This document shows, piece after piece, positions 9,657 through 18,654 of a stretch of DNA of 64,000 nucleotides (position 1 is its first letter; each line of letters begins with the position of its first letter). The notes beneath the pieces were generated by a model, which did no database searches, was not told the origin of the DNA, and saw only the letters and a program-made list of their open reading frames with translations. This DNA is from a virus (Duplodnaviria; Caudoviricetes), in IMG/VR virus record IMGVR_UViG_3300012952_002053, positions 20,962-84,961 of that record, one strand, 5' to 3'. Made by a program: the position numbers and the translations under genes.

Positions 9657-11287
9657 TGTAATGCCTCTGCTTCTTCGCACATAAAATAGAATTGACTCAT
9701 TTCAGGAAATGTTGCTAAAAAATCTGTGCCTCTTCTAGCATCATGTTCATTAAAAAATTTACTGAAGTCTGCTCTATCTCTTAATAATTTGTCTCTAGGT
9801 AATTCTTTTTTCATATGTTCTAAATTTCTTTTTACCTTTTCTATTTCAAAATCTTTAAAACCTTCGTAGTCTACAAATTCTTCATTTGCTTTATTACGTT
9901 CCATAAACTGTATTGCTTCAACTAAATACTCCTGATAATCCTCAGGAAGTATTTGTATGCTTTGCCAAGCAGGATTACGCAATAACGGTATGTCAAACCA
10001 TATACGTTGTTCTGGTGTCTCCCAACCTAATGCATATTGTGTTTGCTTGTTCCATCTTTTTCTTAATGTTAATACACCTTCTAAAAATTCTTTTAAACTT
10101 GGTAAACTCATACAATTAAATGTGTTAATAAAATTAATACTAGTATGATGTGTTTCATCTAAAAATCTATTTACATTGCTCCACACTTTGTTAAAATCCA
10201 TACCATGTCTTATATATTCTGCTTGTTGTCCCCAGCCATCTAAACTTACGAACACACTAAAGTTATGATATGCTTTGTCTTGATATTTGTATTCATATGT
10301 ATAACTGTTGTCACCTTGTTCTTCACATTGTCCTATTTGTAAAAATGTTTGTTTAATTTCATCTCGTTCTATACTAGGCAAATCACTGTCATGATAACGT
10401 TTTGCATCTGCACCAATTATATAGTGGTCCCATGTTTGCCAATCTGTGCCGTCGTATGGATCTGGCACATATACTTCTGCACTATGCTCTACATTGTCTA
10501 ATTTTTTAATCAACGTCATAAATCTATCAAACAATGCTGGTACTATAGGACACATGTTTGTTGTTATACTTAATTCTAAATCTTTGTTTGGATTTTCTAA
10601 TACATACTCCATTACCTTAAATGTATTTTTATCCATTAGTGGTTCACCACCTGTCATACGAAAAACTCTTAATGTTTTAAACATTTCGGGCCACCATTTC
10701 CAAAATGCATTGACATATGGATTATCATCTTGCGATACTTTTAATGGCATAAGATTTTTATTTCTTAAACTGTCTATGTTATTATGTGGAGCAGTAGTTG
10801 GGTATTCTCCAAACTCGTCTATCTCTTCTTGCCATGCTGTACTTAGATGTGGACTGCAATAACTACATTTGAAATTACATGCTTGATTAAAATTTACTTC
10901 TACATAACGTGGATTTATATTACCACTAGCACCAGCATCCATTATATCTTCTTTACTTTCCTGTGCCCAATATTCTCCACTTCGATATATTCTGTCGCTT
11001 CTGTCACCTTGGTCTTCTATGTTCCAGCAATAACTACACCCATCTGGTCTTTCTCCTTTTAACATTAATCTACGTTGTTCTTTCTTTTCTTCTGTGTTGT
11101 GTAGTGCTGTAGGATTGTTTTCTAATTCTTCTAAAGGTACTTTATGAGTAGGTGGGTGGTAACAACTATGCGTCATGCCATTAGTCAAATGCATGGATAC
11201 CTGGCTCCATTTGGCATAACACATTGATGGACTTATCTTGTCCAGTTGTTCTTGCGCCTTGTCGGCGTCTTTATCGTATATACTCAT
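9653..11287 (-). CDS. Radical SAM protein with N-terminal twitch-like domain
   Basis: CNFKCSYC and TGGEP motifs; N-terminal MCYAKW...SCYH...CSYCW. Start 11287 forms a TAATG overlap. Confidence 0.9.
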   Translation of the reverse strand: MSIYDKDADKAQEQLDKISPSMCYAKWSQVSMHLTNGMTHSCYHPPTHKVPLEELENNPTALHNTEEKKEQRRLMLKGERPDGCSYCWNIEDQGDRSDRIYRSGEYWAQESKEDIMDAGASGNINPRYVEVNFNQACNFKCSYCSPHLSTAWQEEIDEFGEYPTTAPHNNIDSLRNKNLMPLKVSQDDNPYVNAFWKWWPEMFKTLRVFRMTGGEPLMDKNTFKVMEYVLENPNKDLELSITTNMCPIVPALFDRFMTLIKKLDNVEHSAEVYVPDPYDGTDWQTWDHYIIGADAKRYHDSDLPSIERDEIKQTFLQIGQCEEQGDNSYTYEYKYQDKAYHNFSVFVSLDGWGQQAEYIRHGMDFNKVWSNVNRFLDETHHTSINFINTFNCMSLPSLKEFLEGVLTLRKRWNKQTQYALGWETPEQRIWFDIPLLRNPAWQSIQILPEDYQEYLVEAIQFMERNKANEEFVDYEGFKDFEIEKVKRNLEHMKKELPRDKLLRDRADFSKFFNEHDARRGTDFLATFPEMSQFYFMCEEAEALQ

Positions 11288-11448
11288 TACCAATTATGTA
11301 CTATATTTGTCATAATAAAAAATGCACAAACAACGTTGACTAGTACAACAAATGTTCTTATAATTGTAACATAGTCATCATACTCTGCTGTTTTGTCGTC
11401 ACTGAATGAACCTATGGCATATTTCCATATAGTCCAAATTTTCTTCAT
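11287..11448 (-). CDS. Small membrane protein (53 aa; missed by the ORF track)
   Basis: MKKIWTIWKYAIGSFSDDKTAEYDDYVTIIRTFVVLVNVVCAFFIMTNIVHNW. Coupled at both ends (ATGA and TAATG overlaps); resembles a small family common in aquatic myoviruses. Confidence 0.85.
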   Translation of the reverse strand: MKKIWTIWKYAIGSFSDDKTAEYDDYVTIIRTFVVLVNVVCAFFIMTNIVHNW

Positions 11449-12443
11449 TGTATCAATCCTTTCTCTAACAAATCTTGTATTTGTTTTTCACGTATCATTA
11501 CACCCCAACGCCTAGGATTAACGTATGTCTTTTTAAAGAACTTACACATTTGTTCGTTAGGATCAAACAACATCATTTCATTTATTGTGTCGTTTAGTTC
11601 TACACCTAAGTCTTGTATTCCTATGTATAGCATTTCTTTATTCCAATTTACTTTTGTATATCTACAAACTTCGTCTCCTGGAAAACGTGGGAGTACGTCA
11701 TTATTAAAAAATTCTTTAAACCAATCATAGTCTGATATTAAATTAGTATCCCAATCACTTAACACGGTCATCTTACATCCTAACCTTGCTCCGAAGATAG
11801 CCCATAAGCCATTCTCGACATCACTGCCTATGTTACACCATGTTTGTAATCGATTGTAATTTTGCCACCATACTCTGTCTTTGAATTCATCAGGTTTAAT
11901 TCTATCACCTTGGTCTAAACTCATCTTAACACCCTCACGGAAGCCAGCTCTAAAGGCTTGGAATGGACTGGCTGTTTGATGTACTTCTGAGAACGTATCG
12001 TTCAGTTGTATGTAGTTAAGTTTCCAACAAAACTCCATACCTTCACCGTCAGTAGCGGCTTCGTGAGTGTTAATTGATTTAGTGTACTCTGTAGGCCAAC
12101 ACTTTAGTCCGCCATTGCCATAAACTAAACCATTTAAAATATTTTTACCATTCCAACTAAAGATACTTTCAGCAATATTATTGCCGTCGTGGTCTGTGTC
12201 TGGAATGTCTAAACTTTGTTCGAAAAAATCATCCATAACAATATTATCACCATCTACTGTGATAAATCTATCTGTTTCGGATTGGTTTGCACATTCTTTA
12301 TGTGCGGCGTCGAAACCTTTTACTCCGTGAACACGTTTTGCCCAAGGTACTTTGTTAAGTAGGTCGGACCAATGTTCTTCGCAGTTGGGTTCGTCGTATG
12401 AAATGTAAAAAATATCTAGTTCTGTAACGTCTAGTTTAGCCAT
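11445..12443 (-). CDS. Putative GT-A fold glycosyltransferase-like protein
   Basis: DIFYISYDEPN...RVHGVKGFDAAH...FITVDGDN, with a DxD-type motif after a beta strand. Confidence 0.55.
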   Translation of the reverse strand: MAKLDVTELDIFYISYDEPNCEEHWSDLLNKVPWAKRVHGVKGFDAAHKECANQSETDRFITVDGDNIVMDDFFEQSLDIPDTDHDGNNIAESIFSWNGKNILNGLVYGNGGLKCWPTEYTKSINTHEAATDGEGMEFCWKLNYIQLNDTFSEVHQTASPFQAFRAGFREGVKMSLDQGDRIKPDEFKDRVWWQNYNRLQTWCNIGSDVENGLWAIFGARLGCKMTVLSDWDTNLISDYDWFKEFFNNDVLPRFPGDEVCRYTKVNWNKEMLYIGIQDLGVELNDTINEMMLFDPNEQMCKFFKKTYVNPRRWGVMIREKQIQDLLEKGLIQ

Positions 12444-12474
12444 ATGTGCGTCCTGTTGTGTTTAACTACGCACA

Positions 12475-12482
12475 TATTTATC
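12475..12482 (-). promoter_or_regulatory. Late promoter (GATAAATA)
   Basis: T4 TATAAATA-like motif in the intergenic gap about 30 nt upstream of the gene at 12443. Confidence 0.6.
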
Positions 12483-13091
12483 TTAATTTCTTGAGTATTT
12501 GTCGAAATTCTTGTGAGTGTATATACTGAACTTTTCCGGTATATCGTTTTTTCTTTTCAAAAGCACTACATTATCATTAGCAAATTCTTCTAAAGGTACT
12601 GCAACACGTTCTAAAAGTATGTGAGGTTCTTTTTCAGGTGTAACATAAAAGTTCATCTGTTGCTTAATCTTAGTTCCTTCTTTTACTGATATTACCCAAT
12701 CATCTTTTGTAAAACTAAATTTTACATCGTAATCATCATCTGTACTTGTAATCTCAGACAAAAAATCTCTACTTGCTTTTATCTTTGTTGTTTCTAAAGT
12801 TTTTAATTTAATATGACACACATCATGTTCATCTTCTTCTATGATAAACTCCGCCATACTTTTGCCTTGTGTGTCTATAATTTTTACATCTGAAGTTTTA
12901 AATTTATACATTTTACATTTTTTATAACTTCTCATGTCTGGCTTTTGTAAACCTTTACTAATAATATTTCCGTCCTCATCATACACAATGTATGTGTGAC
13001 TTATCATTTCTGCTTGGGCTTCTTTTAATCCGCCTTTTTGTTCTTTTAATAGTGCCAGACGTTCGCCTGGTGTTAAATTATCCATCTGCAT
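12483..13091 (-). CDS. Hypothetical protein
   Basis: 202-aa ORF, operonic overlap with aox. Confidence 0.75.
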   Translation of the reverse strand: MQMDNLTPGERLALLKEQKGGLKEAQAEMISHTYIVYDEDGNIISKGLQKPDMRSYKKCKMYKFKTSDVKIIDTQGKSMAEFIIEEDEHDVCHIKLKTLETTKIKASRDFLSEITSTDDDYDVKFSFTKDDWVISVKEGTKIKQQMNFYVTPEKEPHILLERVAVPLEEFANDNVVLLKRKNDIPEKFSIYTHKNFDKYSRN

Positions 13092-13644
13092 ACCTATGAT
13101 TTACTTTACTGTGATGCATTTCGTCTGCTCTAACTTTTACAATTAAATCAGATAATTTTGCATCCTTTTTCATTTTATAATAATCAATTGCTAACTGAGG
13201 AGCAGGAACATTTTCAACTTGTCCGCTTTCTACTAATTCTAAATAGTCTGTATAACTCTTTACTGCTTCTTCCTCAAAGTATGCAATCATTCTATGTGCT
13301 AATTTATAACTGATAACATATAGTATAAAATAATATATCATAAATGTTATTTGTGCGATTAACACTAAGGCTCTTTCTAACACATTGGGTTGAGCAATCT
13401 CAATAAAGAACATTAAATGCATTCTTTCATTTTCTGCTTCTGCCAACATTTCTCTTATGTCTGCTCCGTAGCCTGTTCGCATTTTTCTTAAACTTTTAAA
13501 ATGCAACCACATACCTGCTACCATGCCAGGTACTCCTGCTACTGTTTCTAGTACAACTGCTCTGTGTCCATATCTTTTTGCAAAAAATGTGTCTGCAAAA
13601 AATCTAAAGAATTTAGCCATGCCTTTTGCTATTCTGTCTCTCAT
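13078..13644 (-). CDS. aox: Alternative oxidase (ubiquinol oxidase)
   Basis: LETVAGVPGM, EAENERMHL, FEEEAVKSY and RADEMHH di-iron motifs. ETVAGVPG is AOX-type rather than PTOX-type (ETVARVPY). Confidence 0.93.
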   Translation of the reverse strand: MRDRIAKGMAKFFRFFADTFFAKRYGHRAVVLETVAGVPGMVAGMWLHFKSLRKMRTGYGADIREMLAEAENERMHLMFFIEIAQPNVLERALVLIAQITFMIYYFILYVISYKLAHRMIAYFEEEAVKSYTDYLELVESGQVENVPAPQLAIDYYKMKKDAKLSDLIVKVRADEMHHSKVNHRYADG

Positions 13645-14513
13645 CTATTGACCTCTAATTCCATCTGTTGTATCTTGTCTTTCGACATCCATTCTTTTTG
13701 TACATAATGGAATGGTTGTGTAATTTGAAAATTACCTATTTTAAAATCATTATAGTTTTTATAATATGTTGGAATACTTTTTGTCCAATCATCTTCTATT
13801 TCACTAGTAGGAATATTTTGTACAAAACTTTTCATATGAATAAAAGTAGGCATATCTTCTATATGATCCATTGTGCATTCATCTTCTATACCTAAAAGTT
13901 GTATTGCTAAACTAAATGCCACATCAGCACTTAACCATTCTGGTTTGCCTTTTGGCATATATTTAAAATAAAACCTTTGCCAATTTTCAAAAATGATTTG
14001 AATCATTTTAAATAATTCTGTTGCAGTATCGCTTTTCTTAAAATAAAAAAATGCTGTATATACATTAGGCATTTTATTTCTTTTCATATGTAAACGATAA
14101 TGTAAATCTTCTACTTTCTCTCCTCTAAATGTTTTAACATTTGTACATGCCCAAACATCTTTAGTACTGAGATGTTCCCACCAATTACTTATGTCAAAAG
14201 GAAATATCATATCTGTATCTAGTATTACTGTTTCATCGTATGGAGTCATATAATAATATTTCCACTTGTTATTAATTTTCCAGTCGGCATCAGTGGCTTC
14301 ATCATTCCAAGGTATGTCAACTATTTTATCAAACATTTTTTTGTGTTTTGGTTGTATTAACGACTTTGTCTTTTTGTCTACACATACTGTTAGATTGCTT
14401 ACAGTACTCTGCGTTAGTTTTAAATTCATAGCAAGAGCATACGCCTGTTCAAGATAATCAACAGTATCGTTATTTTGTGCTATTACTATATAACCTTTAC
14501 TCATTATTGTCAA
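13641..14513 (-). CDS. GT-A (GT8-like) glycosyltransferase
   Basis: SPYD-type stretch YYMTPYDETVILDTDMIF (DxD); LSADVAFSLA; paralogous to 15578-16468. Confidence 0.7.
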   Translation of the reverse strand: MTIMSKGYIVIAQNNDTVDYLEQAYALAMNLKLTQSTVSNLTVCVDKKTKSLIQPKHKKMFDKIVDIPWNDEATDADWKINNKWKYYYMTPYDETVILDTDMIFPFDISNWWEHLSTKDVWACTNVKTFRGEKVEDLHYRLHMKRNKMPNVYTAFFYFKKSDTATELFKMIQIIFENWQRFYFKYMPKGKPEWLSADVAFSLAIQLLGIEDECTMDHIEDMPTFIHMKSFVQNIPTSEIEDDWTKSIPTYYKNYNDFKIGNFQITQPFHYVQKEWMSKDKIQQMELEVNR

Positions 14514-14694
14514 CTGTATTTTGTGTTTTGTTATTACTATATAACTTTAACCACTCCCTATAAGACATTGGGTTTCTTTGTCTGTCGGCATATTTTTTAT
14601 ACTTCTCTTTATGTTCTTTTGATTTGTTCATTGTAGCAACCCAACCATCGGAATTATTTTGCCAAGACTTACTGTTTGTCCATCCTTTAGTCAT
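14497..14694 (-). CDS. Hypothetical protein
   Basis: 65-aa ORF overlapping both neighbours in operon fashion. Confidence 0.6.
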   Translation of the reverse strand: MTKGWTNSKSWQNNSDGWVATMNKSKEHKEKYKKYADRQRNPMSYREWLKLYSNNKTQNTVDNNE

Positions 14695-15169
14695 ACTTTG
14701 CTATTACATACATATTATGAACTATTACTGTACCTGTAATGTAATTCATAACTACTATTTGTGGTTGATTACTATTTTGATATATAGGTATTGTTAATAA
14801 TTTATTTGTAATTAATGCACGATTAGTTGGATCATCACTTAAAAATATATTACCTTCCTTAACGTTATCTCGATTGTTTAATGCCCATATAGTCATGCCA
14901 ACATCTATAGCATGTAAAATATAAAATGTTCTACGTTCTTGTTGAGTAGGGTATTTGTCTATTTCAACAAATTGTAATCGTCTTTCTCTTTCTCTAAACA
15001 ATAAAGTTTTATATGCTTCTGCATCTTTGCTAATTTGTTCAAAGTCAAAAGGTGTATTTTGTACATGCTGTTTTATTTCATCTTTTGTTAGTGCATTTGC
15101 TTTACTTGGTAAAAACAATAATATTGCTAAACCAATTACTGCTCCCCACATTATTATTTTTTCTTTCAT
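14687..15169 (-). CDS. Hypothetical exported protein
   Basis: N-terminal signal-peptide-like segment (MKEKIIMWGAVIGLAILLFLPSKANA). Confidence 0.7.
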   Translation of the reverse strand: MKEKIIMWGAVIGLAILLFLPSKANALTKDEIKQHVQNTPFDFEQISKDAEAYKTLLFRERERRLQFVEIDKYPTQQERRTFYILHAIDVGMTIWALNNRDNVKEGNIFLSDDPTNRALITNKLLTIPIYQNSNQPQIVVMNYITGTVIVHNMYVIAKYD

Positions 15170-15170
15170 A

Positions 15171-15410
15171 TTATCTCCAAGGTAACATTGTCATACCAAG
15201 TTGATTCAAACCCAACTCTAATAATATGAATACTAATAGACATGGGCCTAATTGCCATGCCCACCATTGCCAACCTTCTAAACTATCTACCCATTGTCTG
15301 AGTTTACTGTTTCGTGCTTTATCATATGCACCACTCTTTTCACCTATTCTGTTTGCCCAATAGTTTGGGTCAACCCAATCTTTTAATTTTTTTAAAAACT
15401 TAACTATCAT
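15171..15410 (-). CDS. Small membrane protein
   Basis: 79 aa, Trp-rich, with a C-terminal hydrophobic helix. Confidence 0.7.
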   Translation of the reverse strand: MIVKFLKKLKDWVDPNYWANRIGEKSGAYDKARNSKLRQWVDSLEGWQWWAWQLGPCLLVFILLELGLNQLGMTMLPWR

Positions 15411-15591
15411 CTATATGTTTCCAATCTTCTCTAAACAAACAGAAGCGAGTATTGCCATCTCCAGTTTCATATACAAACTGCATTCCTAATAGTTGTACAA
15501 CTGTGCCTTGGAATGTTCCGTTTAATCTACATGTATGCTCTATTAGGTCTCCTAATTCAGGTTGACGTTTTTTCTTACTAGGCATTAACAT
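15400..15591 (-). CDS. Hypothetical small protein (SH3-like pattern)
   Basis: 63-aa ORF in the operon; ELGDLIEH...GTVVQLL. Confidence 0.6.
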   Translation of the reverse strand: MLMPSKKKRQPELGDLIEHTCRLNGTFQGTVVQLLGMQFVYETGDGNTRFCLFREDWKHIDDS

Positions 15592-16468
15592 ACTCCATTA
15601 ATTTGTTACTAACTCTATTTATCGCCCATTTGTTCATAACATGGATATCCAGCCCACGCCACCTGCATAACATAAAGTCGCCTAAACTTTTTGGTTTCTC
15701 AAGATAAAAAATGATTTCATTTTGCGCCGGAGCACTATGTATATCATCTGTATCAAAAGTTTTATACAAATGGGGGACTGGAAGTTGTGGTATACCTTTA
15801 TCAACAAATCCACTCATCATGTGTGCGGCTACACTGAAACTGTAGTCGTTTCTGTATAAGTTGCCGGGCCACTTGTAGACATCTTGATAAAATTCTCTAT
15901 TGTCTCTTACGTGAGCAACTGTCTTAAAAAATTGTTCTGCAAATGCAGACTTTTTAAAATATACGACAGTTGCCCAGTACATCGTAATTCCTGTGCCACT
16001 TAATCTTTTAAGTGTTGGGTCATCTCTTTCAGACATTATATCTTGGTACGACCAGTTCATCATAAATTCGTTTTCATGTCCCCAACAACTATTTAATGTG
16101 TTACTTAAAATTAAATAATCAGCGTCTATAAGCAACGTTTCATCGTATGGTGACAAATTGTATGCATCACATCTATCAACGTTGTAGAAGGGCAATGGCT
16201 TGCTTGTATGACTGGTATCTTTGTATAGTCTGGTATTAATGTTTTTAAAGTGCTTGTCTTTCTCTGTTATGATTATATTTGATATAGCATTGTTTACAAA
16301 CTCCTCTCCTAGTTCAGAAGTTGTATAATCATAACTTGCTTGGTTTGTTACAACTGTAACATCTTTTATATTACAATTTTGTTTTATAAGTAAAGCATTA
16401 ACCACAGCAAGTTTGAGATAGTCTATCTCATTATTGTTGTGGGCAAACATGATAAATCCTTTACTCAT
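15578..16468 (-). CDS. GT-A (GT8-like) glycosyltransferase
   Basis: YNLSPYDETLLIDADYLIL (DxD) and RNDYSFSVA; paralogous to 13641-14513. Confidence 0.7.
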   Translation of the reverse strand: MSKGFIMFAHNNNEIDYLKLAVVNALLIKQNCNIKDVTVVTNQASYDYTTSELGEEFVNNAISNIIITEKDKHFKNINTRLYKDTSHTSKPLPFYNVDRCDAYNLSPYDETLLIDADYLILSNTLNSCWGHENEFMMNWSYQDIMSERDDPTLKRLSGTGITMYWATVVYFKKSAFAEQFFKTVAHVRDNREFYQDVYKWPGNLYRNDYSFSVAAHMMSGFVDKGIPQLPVPHLYKTFDTDDIHSAPAQNEIIFYLEKPKSLGDFMLCRWRGLDIHVMNKWAINRVSNKLMEYVNA

Positions 16469-17156
16469 TTGATAATAATGTCCTTGTTTCTTTCCAATCT
16501 TTTACAGCAAATACTTGATGTGGTTGTAAAAGTTTTGCTAATGGATAATCGTTTCCTGCAGGATCTGTCCTGTCACCATAAAATTTAATTCTATTTGTAT
16601 TACTGAACTCATTTAAAATTTGTGCTTTGTTACAGCCTTTTTTAAATATATCTATACCTGTTTCTCCACCTACGTCTGCTAGTAAGTCAGGATACTTTTC
16701 ATTAAATGCTGTAGCAATTTTTTCTCTTTCTTTTGTTTTACAATCGTATTCATAATATTCTTTACGTTGTTCTTGATTTGCATTACGACCTACTACACTA
16801 AAATTACACATGCCTGTTCTATCTTCAAAGTGTAACCCTGTGCGTAACGGAAAAGGACTGTGTTCTAATTTGAAATTTAACCATTGCTTTGCATCTAAAG
16901 GCAGTTCCCAATCGTTGTAGTATAATTCTTTATCTCTTATCCATCGACTGTTACCACTACAGTTGTAAACTCGCATACATGCATTGTAAATTGTTTCACC
17001 TACTTGCTCTACAGTTTTATCTCTGTCACTGCCTGTGACTAAAAATACTCTGTGTGTATGACAAAATTTTAAAAACTCTTTTTCAAATGCAGAGTCTATT
17101 TTTCCTCTACTTGGAGTTAAAGTTCCGTCTACGTCAAATATATAATCATGTATCAT
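16461..17156 (-). CDS. HAD-IIB phosphomannomutase (eukaryotic PMM-type)
   Basis: FDVDGTLTPSR, LVTGSD, EDRTGMCNFSVVGRNA, GGETGIDI and FYGDRT...GNDY motifs. Confidence 0.88.
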   Translation of the reverse strand: MIHDYIFDVDGTLTPSRGKIDSAFEKEFLKFCHTHRVFLVTGSDRDKTVEQVGETIYNACMRVYNCSGNSRWIRDKELYYNDWELPLDAKQWLNFKLEHSPFPLRTGLHFEDRTGMCNFSVVGRNANQEQRKEYYEYDCKTKEREKIATAFNEKYPDLLADVGGETGIDIFKKGCNKAQILNEFSNTNRIKFYGDRTDPAGNDYPLAKLLQPHQVFAVKDWKETRTLLSNE

Positions 17157-17508
17157 CGATATCTAAATCAATCAACTTATGTACTTTTCTAGCCTTCTTT
17201 AATTTAGTGTACTCTGCATGATATTCGTTTACGGCTTCAAAGTATCGTGATAAGATTTCCTCTAAAAATTTTTCTAAATCATCTATCTTTATTGGATTGT
17301 TGTAAACATCTAACAAAACTGCATTAGAATATTCTTTTTCCATTAATAATTTTACAAATGAAATAAGTTCTTGTGAAATCTCGAATGTGCCACCATTTAT
17401 GCTGTAACTTAATAATGTTTGTACTTTTGCCTTTAAGGCATTGTGCTGTACATTCAAAGTCGTGCGATAATTAGCGAACTCGAGTGCTTTTGTTAGTTTA
17501 GACGACAT
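17146..17508 (-). CDS. Hypothetical protein
   Basis: 120-aa ORF; late-promoter-like AATAAATA lies 6 nt upstream of the ATG. Confidence 0.8.
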   Translation of the reverse strand: MSSKLTKALEFANYRTTLNVQHNALKAKVQTLLSYSINGGTFEISQELISFVKLLMEKEYSNAVLLDVYNNPIKIDDLEKFLEEILSRYFEAVNEYHAEYTKLKKARKVHKLIDLDIDDT

Positions 17509-17528
17509 GTTACATATTTATTAGTCAT

Positions 17529-17557
17529 AAAAAAAGCCAGTGTTACTAACTGGCTTT
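17529..17557 (-). terminator. Intrinsic terminator after the tail-fibre genes
   Basis: 9-bp stem AAAGCCAGT (17533-17541)/ACTGGCTTT (17549-17557) with a 7-nt loop, followed by a U-run on the minus strand. Confidence 0.8.
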
Positions 17558-17574
17558 CTTTAATTTGTTTATTC

Positions 17575-18621
17575 TTATAATCCGTCTGAAGAAGCATAAG
17601 TTGGTGCTGTAACTACAACACCGTTGTTTGCCCTTTTTGTTTGAACAACACTTGATATTGTGCCGTCTACACCGTCAACGTATCCGTCGCTGTCATCTGC
17701 GTTACCGTCAATACCGTCTGGTCCAATACCGTCACCTAATGCGTGGTCATCTCGCATAATAACTTTAAATGTTACTACTGTTGGATTTGTTGTGCTATTT
17801 ACTGCCGCCTCTATTTTATAATAGTTACTTGCATAAGAACCTGAACCATATTTAATATACAGTTGTTGGTAACTTGTTGTTAATTCGTAAAAACCTTTGT
17901 TAGCACTTGTACCTGTACTTGCTGAACTTGTGGTGTTGTTTAAGTTAAAAGTAATAGTACCCATTCCACTTAATAAGTTTGTCCAGTTAGTATTTTGTGA
18001 GCCTATAGTTCCTGCACTACTGCCTGAAGTACCACCACTTCTTGAACCTGTAAATAGTACTTCACCACCTGCATTGAAAAATGCTCTTGCATGTGCCTCA
18101 CTACTAAATGTCGTTGTAAATACATGTGTAATTTCTGGAGTTGCTGAACTACCCCAACCAGTTGTTCTTGAACTTGTACCTGCGGAGTCTGTTGTTAAAC
18201 TTGCACTTGGTACAGTTAGTCTAGCATCAAAAACGTCTTTTACATCGTCCATCAAGTTGCTCCAGTCAGTTGCTGTAATACTATCACCTGAACTGCTGTC
18301 TGAACTACTTGAACTGTTTAATGAATGTCCTAAGAAAGTAGCAAGAGATTGTACCTCGTCCTGTAAGTTTTTATAACCGTTATCAGTACTGCTGGCATTA
18401 ATGGTTTCACCTGTTGCCGCATCTAAACTACCAGTTGACTGATTATAACCATATGTAGTACTTGCTGAGTATGTACCTAATGTTATATCATTCGGTGTAC
18501 CAAGTTGTCTATAAACATTGGCAACCATATTGTCATAATCTGCTGATGCAATAGTATCACCTGCAACGACTTGAACCATATTAGTTCCGCCTGTTACTGT
18601 TAAAGTTGATCCACTTGCCAT
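17575..18621 (-). CDS. Virion structural / tail-fibre-associated protein
   Basis: S/T/G-rich, with AGDTIxA repeats and FFNAGGEVLF; AGGAG RBS; lies in the structural cluster. Confidence 0.7.
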   Translation of the reverse strand: MASGSTLTVTGGTNMVQVVAGDTIASADYDNMVANVYRQLGTPNDITLGTYSASTTYGYNQSTGSLDAATGETINASSTDNGYKNLQDEVQSLATFLGHSLNSSSSSDSSSGDSITATDWSNLMDDVKDVFDARLTVPSASLTTDSAGTSSRTTGWGSSATPEITHVFTTTFSSEAHARAFFNAGGEVLFTGSRSGGTSGSSAGTIGSQNTNWTNLLSGMGTITFNLNNTTSSASTGTSANKGFYELTTSYQQLYIKYGSGSYASNYYKIEAAVNSTTNPTVVTFKVIMRDDHALGDGIGPDGIDGNADDSDGYVDGVDGTISSVVQTKRANNGVVVTAPTYASSDGL

Positions 18622-18654
18622 AATATTATCTCCTACTTAATAAGTGTATTTACC

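Noticed and set aside
10280-10500. Intein in the third radical SAM gene
   Set aside because: The insertion is short and lacks the C/S start, the His-Asn end and LAGLIDADG motifs, so it is treated as a loop or domain insertion.
11336-11364. Perfect-looking sigma70 promoter on the plus strand (TTGACT-17 nt-TATAAT)
   Set aside because: It lies wholly within the 53-aa minus-strand ORF and points antisense with no gene downstream. Probably coincidental in AT-rich DNA, though an antisense RNA cannot be excluded.
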